Of a stretch of DNA of 64,000 bases, positions 1-12,400 are shown in pieces. Every line of letters starts with the position of its first letter. The first letter of the stretch is position 1. The stretch is from Azolla caroliniana (taxonomy: Eukaryota > Plantae > Polypodiophyta), in assembly GCA_043228905.1 (NCBI GenBank), contig JBHGNT010000002.1, forward strand, positions 12,152,001-12,216,000, in the 5' to 3' direction. A program made the position numbers and the translations under genes. The notes beneath the pieces were generated by a model. The model worked only from the letters and a program-made list of their open reading frames with translations. It made no database searches and was not told the DNA's origin.

Positions 1-726
1 TCCGTATCATCGAGTGCATCAATTTCGTCGCCTTTCGGCTCGCCCTTCCATCCCACTTCCGGATTCATGATGTTTTTCATGTCTCCCTCCTCGAACCCCA
101 TTATGCTTCACAACTCCCAGGACGTCAGGCCCCTCCACCACCACCTGTGCAATTGACGACAGGGGAGGAATACGAGGTCGACCAAATCCTTGACTCGCAT
201 TGGCACCGTCGACACTTGCAATACCTTGTCCTATGGAGGGGTTACCCCATTTCTGAGGCCACGTGGGAACCATCGGAAAATTTACAAAATGCCCCAAAGG
301 TCGTCCAAGATTTTCATCACCGATATCCCCACAAACCAGCGGCCGATTTGGGAAGGCAGCATCGGAGGGGGGATAATGTCAAGATTCGAACTCTTGACAC
401 GACCATGTTATAATATAGTATCATGGGTTAACCAATATATCTAGTACACAGTTATGTATGTAATTGGTCCTTATTGTTTTGCTAGCATCATGTGCATAGT
501 TGCTCCCTTGTAGTATTTACACTTGGCACATGCATGCATATCTACATGCTCTATTGTAGATTCACATGCGTGCAACAAGTATGCATGCCATGTGGTATAA
601 ATAGAGGAGTTCACCTTGAAGGAATTCAAGGTGAACAACACCAGTTATGGAGTCTTTCCGTTAATACTACTCATCCATTTGTCTATCTTCTTTCTTGTCT
701 CTTGAGCTTATGATCTATCTATGACA
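1..726 (+). mobile_element. 3' end of chromovirus Ty3/gypsy element: integrase C-terminal chromodomain, PPT and 3' LTR (377-726)
   Basis: ORF 147-413 reads EEYEVDQILDSH..LQYLVLWRGYPISEATWEP (chromodomain). Purine tract GGAGGGGGGATAA precedes TGTCA(377)...TGACA(726), with a TATAAATA box at about 596. Confidence 0.9.
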
Positions 727-2715
727 GCTGATGTACAACAAGCACATTTTTCTATCTAAAAGGTATTTCTTCTCGGAATACAACCCTCTGTACTTCCTCA
801 GTCTTTTCGGGTTGTTTATGCATGCGATTTTCCCAGAATATAACATCATTGCTATGTATTATTTTTCTTTTCTCGGGATCCCACAATCTATACCCCATTT
901 CACCCTCGTCACCATATCCTAGGAAAATACATTTGTAGGACTTTGGCTCAAGTTTGTTGCGTTCTTCTTTACGAATGTGCACAAAAGCCTCACAACCAAA
1001 CACTCTCAAGTGAGCATATGAAGGTGGCTTACCCGACCACGCTTCTTGGGGTATTCCCCCTCTCAACGACCTGTTAGGTGACCGATTAATCAAATGAACA
1101 ATTGTCATTATAGCCTCTGCCCAAAAACCATGGGGTAACACAGCATGAGACAACATAGTACGAACCTTATCTTGAATAGTCGGATTCATACGTTGTGCAA
1201 CTCCATTTTGGGGTGGATTATAAGGGGCAGTGAGTTCCCTCTTTATCCCTTTGCTATCACAAAATGCTTGAAAAGCCTTGGACACATATTCCCCACCATT
1301 GTCAAAGCGAAGACACTTAAGTGTCTTATCAATTTGATTCTCAACTAATGCCAAAAATGTTTGAAACTTGTCAGGCACTTCATCCTTGCTACGAATAGGA
1401 TAAACCCATACCTTCCGTGTAGCATCATCGACAAAAGTGACTAAGTATTTCTTTCCCCCTAATGATAGCCCTGGCATCTGACATACATCTAAATGTACTA
1501 ACTCAAGCGGGGACGACTTCAACGAAAGAGACTTTTTACGAGATGTTTGTACATGTTTACCATAAATGCACTAATCACAATGTTCAAAATCAGCATAACG
1601 AAGACATGGCAAGTAACCCAAATGAGACAATACTTTCATACCAGTTTCACTCATGTGTCCCAACCAGCCATGCCACAAAGAAACACTAGGCTACTCGGTT
1701 ATGGCAACTTTCTGGCAGTCCTGAAAGTATCCCAACTTTCTTGCAAGGTGCAAAGTAAAAACGTGGCCTTAAACTCATCATCAATGATGAATTTCAAGGC
1801 AATCAGCTGGCTGAAAATGGAATTGAACTCACTTAGGTGAGTTGACATGGGTGTGCCCTCTATCATGTGCAAATCTAAAAGTTTTTTAAGCCAATAAACT
1901 TTGCTAATTGCCGTCTTTTGGGCACACAGTTCCTCTAGTCTAGTCCATATAGAATAGGCACAGTCCAAACCTTCAATATTAAACAGCAAGGCATCAGAAA
2001 TCGAGAACTCAATAGTCGAGCGTGCAAGCTCGTTCAACTCTTGCCAATCATCTTGGTCCATATCTATAGGCTTTACCCCTTTGACTTTAATAGGCTTTGC
2101 ATGCTTCTTCTGCAGCAGGATGTTGTAGCACTGCTTTTTCCAAACCGCAAAGTTATGTGCACCCTCAAGCTTCTTGATGGGCATAAGTTGGCTACTGTCA
2201 CTGCTGCTAGTCATGATTTCTTAGCCCAAACGGAGGACCAAACCTGCTCTACAGAAAATGTGACCTACTCTGCAGAAAACCCTAAACTTTGCTCTGTAGA
2301 AAACCCTAAACTCTGCTCTGATATCAGTTTGAAGGCAACACGAGGATTAGGGCTTAGGTCAAAAATAGAGAGGGAGAGAGTCTGAGTGAGAGACAAAGGG
2401 AGAGAGAGATGCACGTTGTCTTGGGTACAAAGAGTGTACCTCTTTTTTTGTTTTTAGATATTCTGTATATACAAGTCAAAAGTGTGCTACGAGTGCGTTC
2501 ACACTCGTGCACTAATAAAAGGCACGATGGCCCTTTATTCCCAACAGTTCCGAGTTGTGTATTCAGCGTATTCTTCTTGTGAGTTAACGATTGTTTTCTC
2601 TACACAAATGCGAATTATATTAGTCACTCTCTCTCTCTTATATCATAACATATGCATATATATTCGCCCGGTTTCCGTCTAATGTTCCACAATTTATATA
2701 GCCTATTGTGCTTCA
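727..2715 (-). mobile_element. Truncated Ty1/copia: 5' LTR 2330-2715, PBS-Met 2315-2326, gag, internal deletion, integrase
   Basis: LTR termini TGAAG...CTTCA; GCTCTGATATCA is the reverse complement of a degenerate TGGTATCAGAGC. Gag 1699-2214 joins directly to GAG-pre-integrase (LWHGWLGHMSE), so the zinc knuckle and protease are deleted. Confidence 0.88.
752..1522 (-). pseudogene. Copia integrase core (rve)
   Basis: LELVHLDVC...FVDDATRKVW...LRFDNGGEY...PPQNGVAQRMN...LRVFGC motifs. Confidence 0.92.
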
Positions 2716-3597
2716 ACTACTACCCCTAATTCACGGCCTTTATTCTCAGCTGCATATCCTCGGCTATGAGTGCTCGGCCGATTCCCTTTTTACATAGTTG
2801 ACCTACTCGTCTCTTTAGATTTGTTTCACACCTCATGCCTTTTGTCCCACGGATAACATCCTCGACTAGCAGCATCGACTGTAGATCGGAGGGAGGATTC
2901 TCCCTCGCGAGGACTGCCGACCGATTAGCTCCGTACTGAGGTGCTAAGCCTCCGAGGTAAATCTGCACCATTTCATAGTCGTCAATGCTAACATTGATCG
3001 ACCCGAGGGCATCACACAACTCCTTGATTTTCAAGGTGTAGTTGCTGATTGACATGTCCCTCTGTTGTATATCGTTCAACTCTTGATGGAGTTGAAGCTT
3101 TCTTGTGGTTGTATTGGCCGCGAAAATCTTCTTGAGGTTCCCCCACACCTCCTTTGGCATTTTTGAATCTCGGATGTAACCGAGCATGTGATCATGGGCG
3201 CATGATGCAAGGCTATACAACATATGACTCGCCGCTTGCTCCCAAGCTGGGTAGTCGACATGTGTTGGGTTGGGTTGATTTGTATTTTCTCCTTCGACAT
3301 AACTCCAATAGCCTTGGCCGACAAGGTATTGGTGCATCTTGTACTCCCAAGATGCAAAGTTGTTTTTTTCGAACATCTCGGTAGGAAGAGCGTTTCCCAT
3401 CTGAGTGTTCATTGTCGTACTTCTTCTTCTTCTTCTCCTCTTTGATACGAACTGCACAGGTTGCTGCTCCAGCGATCAACCGGTTCTTTCCAAACATGGG
3501 ATTAACCACAACACATGCAGAGGCGATGGGCTTCGATCAAGAAACCATGTGCACTGATATCATGTGAAGAATCAGATGGATTTTGTGCAACGGAAGA

Positions 3598-3633
<36 letters not shown>

Positions 3634-3682
3634 CGCGCGCGCGTGTGTAGATAGATAGATAGAGAGAGAGCTCAGCCCAGGA

Positions 3683-3751
3683 GGATGTAACTTAGTTGGT
3701 AAGGTTGCCCAATGGAGACCAGGTGGTCATGGGGTTCAACCCCTACATTCC
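3683..3751 (+). other. tRNA-derived pseudo-unit (A box + B box)
   Basis: GGATGTAACTTAGTTGGTAAG...GGGGTTCAACCCCTACATTCC; partial acceptor and T stems, no proper anticodon arm. Confidence 0.6.
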
Positions 3752-3815
3752 ACAGTGGCATCTAGTGAATTAAGAGATATATATGAAGTATATAATAGAG
3801 AAAAGTGAGAGAATT

Positions 3816-3875
3816 AGGTTTCGAACCCAAGACGCAGTGCTTATAGTGTTAACAACTTACCACTAGGCTAAACTA
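3816..3875 (-). other. tRNA-derived pseudo-unit (A box TAGCCTAGTGG, B box GGTTCGAAACC)
   Basis: Near-consensus Pol III type-2 boxes at tRNA-like spacing on the minus strand. Confidence 0.65.
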
Positions 3876-4591
3876 CGTACGAGAAAAAAAAGGAGAGAGA
3901 GAGAGAGCTCAAGATTACAAAAAAACATAAAGTTGTATTAACAAGGACACACGAATAACCGACATTACAAAGAGAAGGAGAAGGTGCTTATGTAGTCACC
4001 TTCTCTCCAAGTTCTCTTACTAGTACCGCCTCTTGGGAAAGAGGTCGTGTCTTAACTACCTAAAGAATATGTGTCATAGGACATTAACTTCTATGACACA
4101 CTAGTTAGTAAACAATGATGTGGGGTGTTCATACACTTGAGTATCCGAGAGTGTGTTCCCACTCATGGGGAGTTGAGTTTGATTCTCAACATTTTGCATA
4201 ATGTATAAGCAAGTAAATGGGAATAACGACTTAAGGTATTAGGCGTACGTGCAATGAGGTTGAATCTTCAACATTGTTTCTAATTCACCTGAATGCGATT
4301 GGTCTAGCCATGAGCACATTGAATCAAGCTCTCCATAGAGGCCTTGGAGGATTGAACTCATGTATGTGGCAAAATATATGTTTAATTCATGCCTAGGGGT
4401 GAATCAAAGAGCTACAACTCCGTCATTCCTTAGCTTTAGGTGGAAATTAGAAATGTGAGTTTGTGTTAATCTCTATGAATATGTAATGTTTATGAGCATA
4501 TTGTATAGATATACTTTGGTGTGTGTAGGGTTATTTAGAGAAATAATGGTTCTTTTCCTTTATCCTATGGGTAGGATCCTTGAACTAATTG

Positions 4592-5680
4592 AAATGTGAG
4601 CAAGGGAAAGTACAATTGTAAGGAAAGGTAACTGGTGATGTGGTAGCAAGTGACATAGCGGGTTTGTCACGTACAGTACCTTGTTGGTGCTAGTAGAGAC
4701 ATAAGCAAGTGCGTGTGGACCAAGTAGAGGGGTTGTGTAGAATCTTCACATGATGACAAACCACTTAAAACCATAGAAAGCTTCAAACATATTGGGCTTT
4801 AAATCCTATCCAATCATCGAAAAATACGAGTAAGGTGTGCGGAGATATGTGGAATTGCTTCAATTTAATAGAAAACAAGTCCATAAGCGTCATATTGAAG
4901 GGTTCACAATGTTGGTGTACAAGGTCTTTGTGAGGATCATGAAGGAAATTTCCAAATGTGAATTTGAGCTCCAAGGGAAAAGTTATGTGAGAAAAAATGA
5001 GATTTAAACAACAAGAATCAAGCCAAGTGACATTCAACACCAATGAGACATTTTTGTGGATTTTCGGAAATCGAGAAATCCTCAAGGTCAACTCTCAAAG
5101 ATTCAATTCCCTAAAGCGGGGAATCAGCCCCATTAGTAGAAGGCGATGCAAGCCCCCAAAGAGGGGAAAGGTGCAGACCCCCCCTCTCCTAGGTGTGTGC
5201 GCTTGCTCTACAAGGGACACCTGTCTCTAAGGCCACATGCTCCCTCATCAATAGACACACCCACTTTTCTGGGGCCATGTGCTCCTCCTTGGCCTACACA
5301 ACCCCTCTGCTTGGTCCACACGCACTTGTTTATGTCTCTACTAGCACCAACAAGGTACTGTACGTGTCAAACCCGCTATGTCACTTGCTACCACATCACC
5401 AGTTACCTTTCCTTACAATTGTACTTTCCCTTGCTCACATTTGGAAATTTCCTTCATGATCCTCACAAAGACCTTGTACACCAGCATTGCGAACCCTTCA
5501 ATATGACGCTTATGGACTTGTTTTCTATTGAATTGAAGCAATTCCACATATCTCCGCACACCTTACTCGTATTTTTTGATGATTGGATAGGATTTAAAGC
5601 CCAAGATGTTTGAAGCTTTCTATGGTTTTAAGTGGTTTGTCATCATACATTAAAACCATGATGACAAACCACTTAAAATC
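4592..5680. repeat. Two-block inverted duplication (A 4592-4740 / A' 5294-5442; B 4750-4961 / B' 5435-5646)
   Basis: Near-identical reverse-complement blocks; the ORF track shows the same peptide on opposite strands (4783- and 5146+). Confidence 0.9.
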
Positions 5681-5973
5681 ATGCAGAGGGGTTTTAAGTG
5701 ATTTTTCTTTACTAGAATCTTCGCATGCATAACATTCCCTTCGGACCTACTATGCAACAAATGCATATTTATAAATTATGACAATATATTAGTTATTGCA
5801 TATATAAATCTCATCATCCATTTGAAAACATAAAACTAAAACTTTTCCAATGTGATAATATCTAGAATTTAAGGGGCACATTTTCTCATATTAAAAGTAC
5901 TAAAAATATGAACTATAAATCTACATTCACAATTGTCTTAGCAAAAGTAAATGGCCACCTTCAGTGGATGCAC

Positions 5974-6306
5974 CCATAATGTATGTTACAATGGAGCATA
6001 ATCTCCTCCATAATGTATGTTACTATAGAGCATAATCTCCTCTTGATAGGACATACATTCAAACAACTTATGTTACTTGCGTATCATGCTACCTTTTTAA
6101 ATTATAAATTATTTATCTTGATTGGAAGGTGATTCACTATTCAAACAAATTGGTTTCAATAACCATCATACTTCATCATTACTATAAGAGCCATGGATAT
6201 ACATTTGAGCTCTTCCTTTAGTTCCCTTGTAACAATTATACGTCATCATTACTATAAGAGTCATGGACATACATTTGAACTCTTCCATTAATTCCCCTGT
6301 AACCAT
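5974..6306. repeat. Two short tandem duplications (about 34 bp x2 at 5974-6043; about 70 bp x2 at 6173-6306)
   Basis: CCATAATGTATGTTAC..GAGCATAATCTCCT occurs twice; TCATCATTACTATAAGAG..CATTTGA occurs twice. Confidence 0.8.
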
Positions 6307-7495
6307 CACAGTTCATCAATACCACTAATTGTTGGTCGGTTGACTAGCCAAAGTACATGGGTCGACAAGGTAGTCGAGGTATAGTCGTAGTCGTAGTATG
6401 CAGGATAGTGGTAGTCGAAATGAAGTATAGTCGTAACAAGTGTGAAAAGGAATAGTTGAATAATTAGTATGAGTGCCAAGTAGGAAAATAGGGCAGTTAG
6501 TTGTAACTGTACACTTCTTGCCGAATAGCTAGTTGTATATTCTTGGTAGAGTCTCTTAGGTCGCCTAAAAAGGGACCGAGAACATTGTAACAACATCGAT
6601 CTGTATTGCTAAGTTTAATATAATTTTGAGTTAGGGTATATTCTGTATGAATATGTTATTCTGTATTCTTAACTGTTATTCAGTATTCTGTGTTAACTAC
6701 TAATCCGAATTTCCGATTACTCATGAGCTATACAGTCGATCGAAGAGATTATTGGTAATTAAAGTGAGTTAACTAAGTAATTTAGTATCTGTATATGTTT
6801 TAGTGATAATCAACGTTGACCAACTCCAATCTCCGACCATAATCTTATTGATAGGATGACTCTCATTAGTCATTCGACCTATGTGTGTTAGTCGACCTTA
6901 GTGATTAGTTGGCAAGGAACAACACTTAACCCTTGCTTGTTTCCCTTCCCAATTTGCTGTCATCAATAACTGGTAGTCCATGTTTATGTGTGAACCTAGC
7001 AATCCATTCACAAAATACTTTCCACCTAAAACAAACCTAACGCACTAATAAAAAATTTCACCCTAGCTTGAAGAAATTGTCATATCAAAGTGCTAGGGAA
7101 TTGTGGGAGAAACTATAACATATTAATGCTACAATGGAAATAGACACGTAAATAATATATTTTCAAGTCTCCCATGTCTACATACATGCTACAAACCCCT
7201 TATATGGAAACTACTTACTATCTACACAATATAATTGTCAATAGTGGAACACTTTCTGTTTAAAAAGTAAAATCCCTTTCATAAATGCAAATATCGCTGA
7301 AAATGACCATTCATTGCAATCGCGTCAAAAATGCATTTGCAGTGAAGCAAAAATGAAGTACCCTCATACACCATTACTTCATGAGTAGAAAAAATCAATT
7401 TTTGACATTCGTATGTGTGATTAGATAAGATTACAAATATGTATCAACAATAGACTCTATAAGACAACATTACAATCTCAAAGGGGTCTTTTATT

Positions 7496-9481
7496 TCATA
7501 GTACTCCAACAGACGCCATCAGCTTTTCATACTCAGGATCAACCTCAGGTGTATTCACACTTTCATCAACCCACAGTTTTTTATCCGTATTGCCTTGAGA
7601 CTGTCTCCATACATCTGATCTATTTGAGTTCACACTAAGATGCTCCATGGAACCACCAATCCTTTCTGATGCTGGCACAGGATGCGTAACCTTGGAAGGC
7701 ATACATGAATCCAAACTGAAGCCTAAATAGGGAGATGAAAGATAGGGAACCTTTCTGTCACCAAAAGCCGATGGAAAATCAGCCTCTTGTGGCATTGGTT
7801 GGATATGAAGAGAAGCCGGAAAACTAGTTTCTTGTGGTATCCGAACATTGTGGGTGACTGGAAAACTAGCCTCTTGAGGTGTCCGCATATGAGAAGCAGC
7901 AGGATAACCAGATAGTTTCCAGATATGCGGAGAAGCTGGAAAATCAACCTCTTGTGGTGGTGGGACATTATGTGTAGCTACAAATATAGCCTCTGGCTGT
8001 GGTCGGAAATGATGAGGAACTGGAAAACCAGTGTCTTGAGGCAGCCGGATGTTATGGAATCCCAAAGGAAATGCACCCCTCTGAGGATAGTTTTGTGCTC
8101 TCACCGCTTCCTGAGGCAAATAAGAGTAACCTTGCTGAAGAGCGTTTATCTGATGTTGGTTAATCGATGATGAAAATGGCATGTATGGAACTGGAATCTG
8201 AGCACTGTGTCCAGAGGGGGGGAACCGGAAGTTTGGTTTTGAGTAGTTCGACTGCTGATGAGTAGGCGCTAGTAACTGGTGTCCTTGTGGGCTTGGAGGA
8301 ATAGCTGGTCTAAAGCTTTGTGGTTGAACTGGGGGTATGTTTAAGCTAGGCACAATGCATGGGATTTGTGATATTTGTACTGGAGCACTTGGAGTTGGCA
8401 TAGATGGGTTCATACCTGATGATGATGATGATGATGATGACAATCGTAGTGGTGCAGCGGGTGGATTAGTAACCCATGGTCTTAGAGGGAATGAACCACT
8501 CTCAGGACCTATATACATGTTCCGGGTTGTTGAAGGGGTGTACCCCATGGATATTGATGCTCTCTCGGGATGAAGAGAAGACTGTGTTTGACTTGCACCC
8601 AAGTTACTCACTCCTGGCCATGATGGAGATGGCTGAGTGTTATTACTGTTATTGAGTATATTGATACTTCCATTTGATGAAGCATTATCCTGCCTTTCAC
8701 CTGCCAATTGTGCAAAACCAGAACCTTGCAGTGGAAGAAGAGCAGCAGGTCTAACAGATGGCAAAGCAAATCTGATTGGAGCTAAGACTGGTGGTCGTAA
8801 GGGAATAGTGACATGTGATTGAGGCAGTCTTTCTGTTGAAGATGGATTTCTCACCGATAATATTGATGTTGTTTGTGATGATGTATAGACAAGTGGACTT
8901 CCTCCTACACAAGAGTGAAATGGCATATTCGCTGAGGTAAAAGGTGCCAATGGAAAGTGAGACGTTGCCATCAAAGAAACCGTAGATGCATCCTGATTTT
9001 CTCTTTCCTGCAATCTGATTTCACCTGCTTGTAATGGCTGCTGCCCTGTAAAGACTTCTGTTTGCAAAGATGATGACAATCCCTCGGTGGGGAAAGGCAA
9101 TCTAACATCAGGCCTCAATCCAGGAGGAGGAAAAGGGAATCTCTCCCTAAATGCCGAAAGCATCCCCACCATCATGGGAAAATCTGGTACAGGAATAGGA
9201 CCATCTCTAAAAAGCCCATGAAAAAATCGAGGAAAGAGGTTGCATGCATTCATGTCTTGGGTCTCCCCAGGGATATGAAAGGGAAACCTTGGAATTCCTC
9301 CATCACCAAGACCCTTGGTCATATTTTCAGATATCATCCATTTTGGAGGCATAGGTTGTGCTCCTGATGCAGTAAGAAGCATTGGCTGGGATACATCAGT
9401 AGCACTTGTCTTTCCTGCATCCCTCAACCCAGTCCTGAGCTCCTCTAGAAAATTTAGATACTCCTTATCAATCAGGTTGCC
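7496..9481 (-). CDS. SF1-like exon 11 (long Pro/Ser/Gln-rich tail to stop)
   Basis: AACAG acceptor; 1986-nt open frame containing the 643-aa ORF. Confidence 0.88.
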   Translation of the reverse strand, partial: GNLIDKEYLNFLEELRTGLRDAGKTSATDVSQPMLLTASGAQPMPPKWMISENMTKGLGDGGIPRFPFHIPGETQDMNACNLFPRFFHGLFRDGPIPVPDFPMMVGMLSAFRERFPFPPPGLRPDVRLPFPTEGLSSSLQTEVFTGQQPLQAGEIRLQERENQDASTVSLMATSHFPLAPFTSANMPFHSCVGGSPLVYTSSQTTSILSVRNPSSTERLPQSHVTIPLRPPVLAPIRFALPSVRPAALLPLQGSGFAQLAGERQDNASSNGSINILNNSNNTQPSPSWPGVSNLGASQTQSSLHPERASISMGYTPSTTRNMYIGPESGSFPLRPWVTNPPAAPLRLSSSSSSSSGMNPSMPTPSAPVQISQIPCIVPSLNIPPVQPQSFRPAIPPSPQGHQLLAPTHQQSNYSKPNFRFPPSGHSAQIPVPYMPFSSSINQHQINALQQGYSYLPQEAVRAQNYPQRGAFPLGFHNIRLPQDTGFPVPHHFRPQPEAIFVATHNVPPPQEVDFPASPHIWKLSGYPAASHMRTPQEASFPVTHNVRIPQETSFPASLHIQPMPQEADFPSAFGDRKVPYLSSPYLGFSLDSCMPSKVTHPVPASERIGGSMEHLSVNSNRSDVWRQSQGNTDKKLWVDESVNTPEVDPEYEKLMASVGVL

Positions 9482-12400
9482 CTGTTAAGGAATCAACATG
9501 TAATGATTGAACCAGAAAGGATTAAGCAAATTTAATGCTTGAATACAAGAAAAGTTCATACAAACCTGTCCAATAACCTTCCGAGGACAATCAAAAGTTG
9601 GATGTCCACCATCACCACAAAGCAAGCAAATGACCTGAATGTCAAGAAATAACTGATTATAAAGGAAGGTATCTATAGAGATATACATATAGCTTGGCAT
9701 TTTAACTATTCTGTTTTTGTTTTGGGAAGATCAAACATAAACGATAACATACAGAATTTAGCAAAAAGTAATGTTTGATCTCAATTAGTCAGCTTAGTAG
9801 GAACTCCAAATTTTCTAGTTTATCCTGTTATCATGTTACCATTGGTTGCAAAAATTATTCAACTCAGAGGACGCAAATCTTGCAATGTACAAGGTTTATC
9901 AGATTCTATATGAAAGAATGACATAAAATAGGCCGTGCACACATGTTGTCAATGGTTAAACATACCTTTGCTTGAAAAGTTTGGAGTTCATCTTTGGGAT
10001 GTTGCCACTCTCTATGCCCAGGTTCACCATCAGTTCTTGCGGAGTCCCTCAGAGTACCTTCACGAACAACACAAACCAAAACAATAAAATACAAGATTAT
10101 TTGTAGCTTCTTTGTAAATTTAGCTGGTAAGGTTAAATAGATATTGACATAGAAGAAGGCATTTCATGTTAATTTTTCCAAAATTGCATATTACAGTGTT
10201 TCTAGAGACACCAAAAATGTTTTACTAACCATTCATTTCCCCCAGCTCTCTAAGCTGCTTCATTTTCTGGATATTACAGTCTTCCTTGATATTATTAGGG
10301 AAGCGGACCATACAAAAGAAAGGAATTACATAAAAATTCTGATTTAGGAAACAAAAAATGAGAGAACTTCCAAGTTTTTAGAATCTCTTACATTGATGGG
10401 TCTCAACAAAGATTCAACCATTGCTACTGCTGCATCAACTTTTTCAAATGTGTCAGCTGAAATATGCACATGCAAGTCCTCTAGAGCATCATCCATATCC
10501 TTCCCATTCCAAGAAGACAGCTGCTTCACAATTATATATCTGAAGTAAGATAGAAGCAATAAATGTTGATATTTCATTTCAAATCTAAAGCATCTCTAGC
10601 ATTTAGATTTGTTTTAAATAAAGAATCCATACTCTAGATACTCTAGTCCAGTTAAAGGTAAATTCTGCTTTTGCTTTTTACCAAGTCTTTAAGGATGTGC
10701 CACAAAACAGCTCTCATTAAATCAGTATGTTGCCCCTTTTCCAAAGATGAAGAAAGTTCTAGTTTCCATGTGATCAAGATGAATGCATGCGAATATGCCC
10801 AGTCAAGGTACCATTATTGCAAGCCTAGAGTTAAGCAAATAGCTGTGTTCATTAAATGTACAGATGTTTCTTTCAATAGGTTAGAATGTCGGAAACCAAC
10901 AAATAATTTAAGTTTTCACATGATCAATTAAGGAAGTGAACACATAAAGCGCTTATTTGGTTGTTTGGCATTATCCTGATAACACAATAATAAAAAGGTC
11001 ACATAGAGAAATCTATCCAACAAAGGATGCTGACTTTAATACTTGGGCACTTTCTGCTAGTTTTCAATAATGACCTATCATCTGTTGGTTACAGACCACT
11101 TAGTTCTTACAATTAGGCTCCATGAAAAACTCTACAACATATGTTACAGCTAGTTTCAACAAACACAAACTTGCAGACTTTAAAAATATATCATACCTTT
11201 CCTTCTTTCACGGCCCCCTTTCCCTGCACGGTAATCTTTGTGCCAGTTTCCTGTGATTGCATGATATGTAATATCAAGATCAAGAACAGATAATAAAAAT
11301 ATAATAACTCCATGTATTAAAGAATCTTACCGCTTCCATCCATTTCTGTGTATTTCCAAGATGTTCCAAAATAAAACTTATAAAATTATATCCAGGATAG
11401 TCCTTTGTCTGCAAGTAGACAAACTTCCAGTGAGCATAAAAAGAGAATGGAGCATCGGATGTAATATACAAGTGATATTAACTTTGATTGTGAAGGCTCA
11501 TATACACCCTCATCCTTATCAATATCATCTACTATATTGTTTCTAGGCTTGCAAATTTTGAGTCGTATGTTTCTGTTTGAAGTTATTGAATATCTATAAT
11601 GACTAATGAACTCAAGTGCATGCACGCATTAAGCATATCATATGTGCATTCAATGTGTGCATCTACCTATCATTGTACACACACACTCTCTCTCTCCAGT
11701 ATCTATAATCAGAGTTTGAGATGGATTTAGGGGTTCTCTGCTTGAGTTTTGAAAATATAAATATGAAGAAATATATACGCTAGGGGGTGTACTATTGAAA
11801 TATATTATGATTATTGGACTCAAGTGCTTGCATTAAGCATATCATATGTATCTACGTATCATTGTAAATTTCTCTCTCATAACCATAATCAGAGTTTGAA
11901 ATGGATCTGGGTGCTCTTCACTGCAATTTGAATATAAATATGAAGAGATATGTACTCTAAGGGGATGTATCAAGAAGCAGCATCGAAAAACAGCAAAATA
12001 TGAATGAGCGGGAAAAATGCAAAATTGGTTTAATGCTGAGATGAGAGTTATTCAATATCTTGTATAATGAAATTTTCACCCAAGATCACAACAATAACAC
12101 ATGTCATACAACTAAGACCACCAAATATATAATGAGATCGCTTAAAATCTATCAACACTTTTATATAAATACATAGCTTATAAAATATATCCGCTTGTAA
12201 ATATTCATATATACATGCGGAAATAATGCCAAAAGTTGATGCAGTGGAAAGTAGAGATGTTAGGACACGAATTGAAGGGGATTTATGTAAATGCATTCAG
12301 AAGGCTCCACTGTTATCGACATAATTGAATGTATATAAGTTTTTATTATTCTTTTATGTGAATCACTATGAAGAGTGAGGAGAGTTTCTAGCACGTTCAA

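Larger units (their letters stand above)
2716..4191 (-). mobile_element. Ty1/copia 5' part: LTR about 3563-4191, PBS 3551-3562, gag 2726-3457
   Basis: Gag NNFASWEYKMHQYL...WGNLKKIF is the same family as 38095-38483 and 40069+. Degenerate PBS GCACTGATATCA; LTR termini TGTGAAGAATC...GATTCTCAACA. Confidence 0.82.

Noticed and set aside
3683-3875. Functional tRNA genes
   Set aside because: There are no proper anticodon or acceptor stems; kept only as tRNA-derived units.
6306-6900. GTCGAC-rich segment and 96-aa ORF
   Set aside because: No recognisable domain or termini; probably a decayed repeat.
7496-9427. 643-aa ORF as a stand-alone gene
   Set aside because: It starts at TTG and is the last exon of the SF1-like gene (acceptor at 9482).
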